This document shows positions 60,263 through 64,000 of a stretch of 64,000 bases of DNA, piece by piece. The notes under the pieces are model-generated. The model was not told the DNA's origin, ran no database searches, and saw only the letters and a program-made list of their open reading frames with translations. The stretch comes from Bdellovibrionales bacterium (GTDB lineage Bacteria > Bdellovibrionota > Bdellovibrionia > Bdellovibrionales > UBA1609): positions 42,975 through 106,974 of the forward strand of contig JBFWVI010000004.1 of NCBI GenBank assembly GCA_050246815.1, read 5' to 3'. The translations under genes were made by a program, and so were the position numbers. The stretch's first letter is position 1. Each line of letters opens with the position of its first letter.

Positions 60263-60667
60263 TTAAGAACCATTAGGTCCTTGGTCGGGACACCCCAGCT
60301 TGCCCTTAACGGCCTGCACCAGGGCGCTCAGCTCGGTGGGCTTTTTGTCTTGCTGGTGATGTTTATGGGCCGCCTGCAAGGCTGTAATCCATTCAGGTAA
60401 ACCGAAACTGGATTGATTCACATGACGAATCATAAAATCAAAGGGCATTTCATTGGTCATCTTCATGTAGCTGTCGCGAAACAGTTCCAACACCCAGTTC
60501 AATTGCTCAGGGCTTTGCATAGCTGCCATCAGCAAATCAATTTCACCGTCAGTCATGTGCGTAAAGGCCGGATCATGAATCGCGGCGTTTAGAATGGAGT
60601 GCCAATCCTCGGGCCGGTGCTGGGAGCGCTGGCTGAGCTGTAGCGCCATCATTTGCAAATCAATCAT
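60263..60667 (-). CDS. Hypothetical protein
   Basis: ATG 17 nt downstream of the metH stop; plausible composition. Confidence 0.6.
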   Translation of the reverse strand: MIDLQMMALQLSQRSQHRPEDWHSILNAAIHDPAFTHMTDGEIDLLMAAMQSPEQLNWVLELFRDSYMKMTNEMPFDFMIRHVNQSSFGLPEWITALQAAHKHHQQDKKPTELSALVQAVKGKLGCPDQGPNGS

Positions 60668-60683
60668 GTCTCGCCTTAAACCC

Positions 60684-63600
60684 TTACAACATAGAATCTG
60701 CAGGTGGCTTTGGCACATAGGCCAGATTCGGCGCCAGCCACTTCTCGGCCTGCGACAGCGACACGCCCCTACGACGTGCATAGTCTTCAGCCTGATCTTG
60801 AGCCACCGGCCCCACCATAAAATATTTGGCCAGCGGATGCGCAAAGTAAAGTCCGGATACGGCGCTTGCTGGCGTCATGGCAAAATTCTCTGTCAGGTGC
60901 AAACCAATCCGAACGTCTGGCTTTAACAGATTCCAAAGAATTCTTTTTTCACTATGGTCGGGGCAGGCTGGATAACCTGCCGCTGGACGAATCCCTTGGT
61001 ATTTCTCTGCGATCAGGTCCGCCATGCTTAGTTTTTCAGCCAAACCAAACCCCCAAACCTGACGCACGTGTTGATGAAGCTTTTCCGCCAGAGCTTCGGC
61101 CAAGCGATCACCCAATGCCTTGACCATAATCGCGGTGAAATCATCGTTTTTTTTGCGATACTTTTCTGCCAAATCCTCGACTCCATCACCGATCGCCACG
61201 GCAAAGGCCCCAATAAAATCTTGTTTCCCACTGGTCTTTGGGGCAACAAAATCAGCTAAGCACCATTGCGGCTCGCCACTGGCTTTGGACTTCTGCTGGC
61301 GCAAGAAGTGAAATTCGGTCAAAAGCTGGCCCGACCCTTGTGTCTCATAAAGCTCAATGTCATCCCCCCTCGAGTTGGCGGGCCAAATACCAAAAACGGC
61401 TTTTGGGTGAAACGCTTTCTCGCGAATGATTAATTGCAATACCCGCCGGGCTTCGTCATACAACTCCTGCGCTTGTTTGCCGTATTTTTCACTCTTCAAT
61501 ATACCAGGATAAAGCCCCTTCAGTTCCCAAGCCCAAAAAAGCGGCGACCAATCCACGTAAGGAACCAAATCCTCAAGCTGCACATTTTCCCAAACCTGCA
61601 AACCTAACTGGCGCGGGACCTCAGCCTGATAGTTTGACCAATCGACTTTAGGTCCCTTGTTGCGCGCGTCTGCTAATGTCAGCAATTCTTCACGCTGTTT
61701 GTTCAAAGAAGCCTGATAATGCTCACGTACCTGCTGGTAAGTTTGCTTTAATTGAGTGGTGTAATCGCTTTTATTAGTCGCTTGGTTATATTGATTCAAA
61801 GCCCCGACGACCAACGAAGCATCGGGCACATGGATCACGGGCCCCCTGTAATGCGGGTCAATCTTCACAGCCGTGTGTGCTTTGCTGGTGGTCGCGCCGC
61901 CAATAAGCAATGGAATTTGATAACCCAGTCGTTCGAATTCTTTCGCATTGTGTATCATTTCGTCCAACGACGGGGTGATCAAACCGCTTAAGCCGACAAA
62001 CTGAGCCTGATGCTCTTTAAGGGCTGCCACGAGTTTGTCAATTGGCACCATCACACCCAGATCAACAACTTCGTAGCCATTGCAGCTTAACACCACACCC
62101 ACGATATTTTTTCCGATATCGTGAACATCGCCTTTGACTGTGGCCAAAACCACCTTGTCTTTGCGACGATTCTCCGGTTGTCGGCGACGCTCTTCTTCCA
62201 TATGTGGTTCAAGCCAAGCCACGGACTTTTTCATAACTCTTGCCGACTTCACCACCTGGGGTAAAAACATCTTACCCGCACCAAATAGCTCACCCACCAC
62301 ACGCATGCCATCCATCAAAGGGCCTTCAATGACCAACAGTGGAGTTTTGTACTTGGCCAAGGCCTCGGCGGTGTCCTGGTCGACAAACTGGTCTTGGCCA
62401 TTCACTAATGCATGGATCCAACGTTGCTCAAGCGTATGCTGCCGCCAGGTCAGATCTTCCTTACTTCCACTTTTTTGGGCCTGCCCTTTGAATTGCTCGG
62501 CCAACTGCAAAAGTCTTTCAGTTGCATCCGGACGACGATTGAACAGAACCTCTTCCACCTGAGCTCGTAACTCTGGTTTGATTTGTTCATAAACTTCAAT
62601 CATGCCGGCATTGACAATGGCCATATCCAAGCCCGCTCGAATGGCATGGAATAAAAAGGCCGAGTGCATAGCTTCGCGCACCACGTTGTTACCGCGAAAA
62701 CTAAATGAAATGTTGCTGACACCACCACTGGTGCGCGCGCCTGGGCAAACCTTCTTGATCTCCTGAACAGCTTCAATAAAATTGACCGCATAATTATTAT
62801 GCTCATCAAGACCTGTGGCGACGGTCAGGATATTGGGGTCGAAAATAATATCTGTCGGTTCGAAGTCAAGTCGTTCAATCAGCAGATCATAGGCGCGCTT
62901 GCAAATGCGCACTTTTTCTTCTTTCGACGTGGCTTGTCCCTGCTCATCAAAAGCCATCACCACGATCGCCGCGCCATACTTCTGCGCCAAGGCGGCCTGT
63001 CGCAAAAATTCGGTTTCACCTTCCTTTAGGCTCACCGAATTCACCACCGCCTTGCCCTGCACACACTTCAATCCGGCCTCGATCACCGACCACTTTGAAC
63101 TGTCGATCATAATGGGCACTTTGGCGATGTCAGGCTCCACCGCGACCAGATTCAAAAAATCGCGCATACAAGCCTCTGAATCCAACATGCCTTCGTCAAA
63201 GTTGACATCGATTACGTTGGCGCCGCTCAGCACCTGCTGACGAGCCACGTCCACCGCCTCAGCCAATTTTCCCTCGCGCACCAACTGCGCAAACTTGGGC
63301 GAGCCTGTTACATTGGTTCTTTCACCAACCAACAAAAAGGGCGCCGGTTCAAGTGCAGGTGAAATCAATGGCTCAAGCCCGGACAAACGAGTCGCCACAC
63401 TCAACTCAGGAACCAAACGTGGTTTTTTGCCTTTCACAGCCTCAGCTACGGCCCGAATATGATCCGGCGTCGTGCCACAACAACCGCCCACAATATTCAC
63501 CAAACCGGATTCGGCAAACTCACGCAAAAGTTTAGCCGTGTGTTCGGGTTTTTCATCATAGCCGGTGTCACTCAAGGGGTTGGGCAATCCGGCATTCGGG

Positions 63601-64000
63601 TAACAAGCAGTGTAGCAGTCCGCAATACGACTTAATTGCTCCACATAGGGACGCATTTCTTTGGCGCCAAGAGCGCAGTTAATCCCGACCGCCACGGGGC
63701 GAGCGTGTCGAACCGACCACCAAAACGCGTCCAAAGTTTGCCCCGACAAGGTTCGTCCCGACAAATCCGTGATCGTCACCGACAATATCACTGGCACGCG
63801 GTGCCCGACTTCGACGAACGTGTTTTCCATCGCAAAAATTGCCGCTTTCAAATTCAACGTGTCAAAGGTGGTCTCGGGCAGCAATAGGTCCACTCCCCCC
63901 TCAAGCAAAGCTTTCACTTGCTCTTGATACGCCTCAACCAATTCGTCAAACGTGATATTGCGTAGCCCCGGCTGATTCACATCGGGTGACAACGAAGCGC
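60684..64000 (-). CDS. metH: Cobalamin-dependent methionine synthase, 5' end outside the window
   Basis: [37 protein letters not shown] and [12 protein letters not shown]. Confidence 0.97.
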   Translation of the reverse strand, partial: ASLSPDVNQPGLRNITFDELVEAYQEQVKALLEGGVDLLLPETTFDTLNLKAAIFAMENTFVEVGHRVPVILSVTITDLSGRTLSGQTLDAFWWSVRHARPVAVGINCALGAKEMRPYVEQLSRIADCYTACYPNAGLPNPLSDTGYDEKPEHTAKLLREFAESGLVNIVGGCCGTTPDHIRAVAEAVKGKKPRLVPELSVATRLSGLEPLISPALEPAPFLLVGERTNVTGSPKFAQLVREGKLAEAVDVARQQVLSGANVIDVNFDEGMLDSEACMRDFLNLVAVEPDIAKVPIMIDSSKWSVIEAGLKCVQGKAVVNSVSLKEGETEFLRQAALAQKYGAAIVVMAFDEQGQATSKEEKVRICKRAYDLLIERLDFEPTDIIFDPNILTVATGLDEHNNYAVNFIEAVQEIKKVCPGARTSGGVSNISFSFRGNNVVREAMHSAFLFHAIRAGLDMAIVNAGMIEVYEQIKPELRAQVEEVLFNRRPDATERLLQLAEQFKGQAQKSGSKEDLTWRQHTLEQRWIHALVNGQDQFVDQDTAEALAKYKTPLLVIEGPLMDGMRVVGELFGAGKMFLPQVVKSARVMKKSVAWLEPHMEEERRRQPENRRKDKVVLATVKGDVHDIGKNIVGVVLSCNGYEVVDLGVMVPIDKLVAALKEHQAQFVGLSGLITPSLDEMIHNAKEFERLGYQIPLLIGGATTSKAHTAVKIDPHYRGPVIHVPDASLVVGALNQYNQATNKSDYTTQLKQTYQQVREHYQASLNKQREELLTLADARNKGPKVDWSNYQAEVPRQLGLQVWENVQLEDLVPYVDWSPLFWAWELKGLYPGILKSEKYGKQAQELYDEARRVLQLIIREKAFHPKAVFGIWPANSRGDDIELYETQGSGQLLTEFHFLRQQKSKASGEPQWCLADFVAPKTSGKQDFIGAFAVAIGDGVEDLAEKYRKKNDDFTAIMVKALGDRLAEALAEKLHQHVRQVWGFGLAEKLSMADLIAEKYQGIRPAAGYPACPDHSEKRILWNLLKPDVRIGLHLTENFAMTPASAVSGLYFAHPLAKYFMVGPVAQDQAEDYARRRGVSLSQAEKWLAPNLAYVPKPPADSML

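Noticed and set aside
1..64000. CRISPR arrays, rRNA, IS transposases, prophage structural genes, retron/DGR signals
   Set aside because: No regularly spaced repeats or diagnostic ORFs were seen by eye; weak signals could have been missed.

Overview
This looks like chromosomal DNA of a Bdellovibrionota-like (predatory deltaproteobacterial) organism; the taxon is inferred from gene content, not proven. (1) 1-12.4 kb is an anoxia/NO module: class II ribonucleotide reductase (nrdJ, runs off the left edge, absent from the ORF track), TyrDC-like PLP decarboxylase, SCO, NirV/FGE protein, cytochrome-c-fused Cu nitrite reductase (nirK), Crp/Fnr regulator, two paralogous porins, ferredoxin, NnrS and a Na+:solute symporter. 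Four copies of a TATGAY-N4-RTCATA-type palindrome sit in its promoter regions. (2) 12.5-42.6 kb is mostly housekeeping: degenerate hydantoinase A/B pair, hisC, cmk, ilvA, gap-pgk-tpiA, tmk-holB-tatD, secG, Gld-type ABC system, GHMP kinase, NFACT. (3) 42.9-51.7 kb encodes exported proteins: a methyltransferase-like and a GT9-like protein with signal peptides, PhoX, and a three-gene operon pairing an active lipoprotein subtilase with a paralogue lacking all catalytic residues. (4) tRNA-Arg(CCT) carries a decayed serine-recombinase element with a RelE/XRE toxin-antitoxin pair, followed by map, a CarH/LitR-DUF3833-DUF2878-SDR cluster, an XRE pair and metH (runs off the right edge). No CRISPR array or rRNA was seen. 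Best candidates for an undescribed system: the protease/pseudoprotease operon, the Crp-box regulon joining nirK to a decarboxylase, porins, transporter and nrdJ, and the pseudo-hydantoinase pair. All family calls come from reading motifs by eye; no searches were run.
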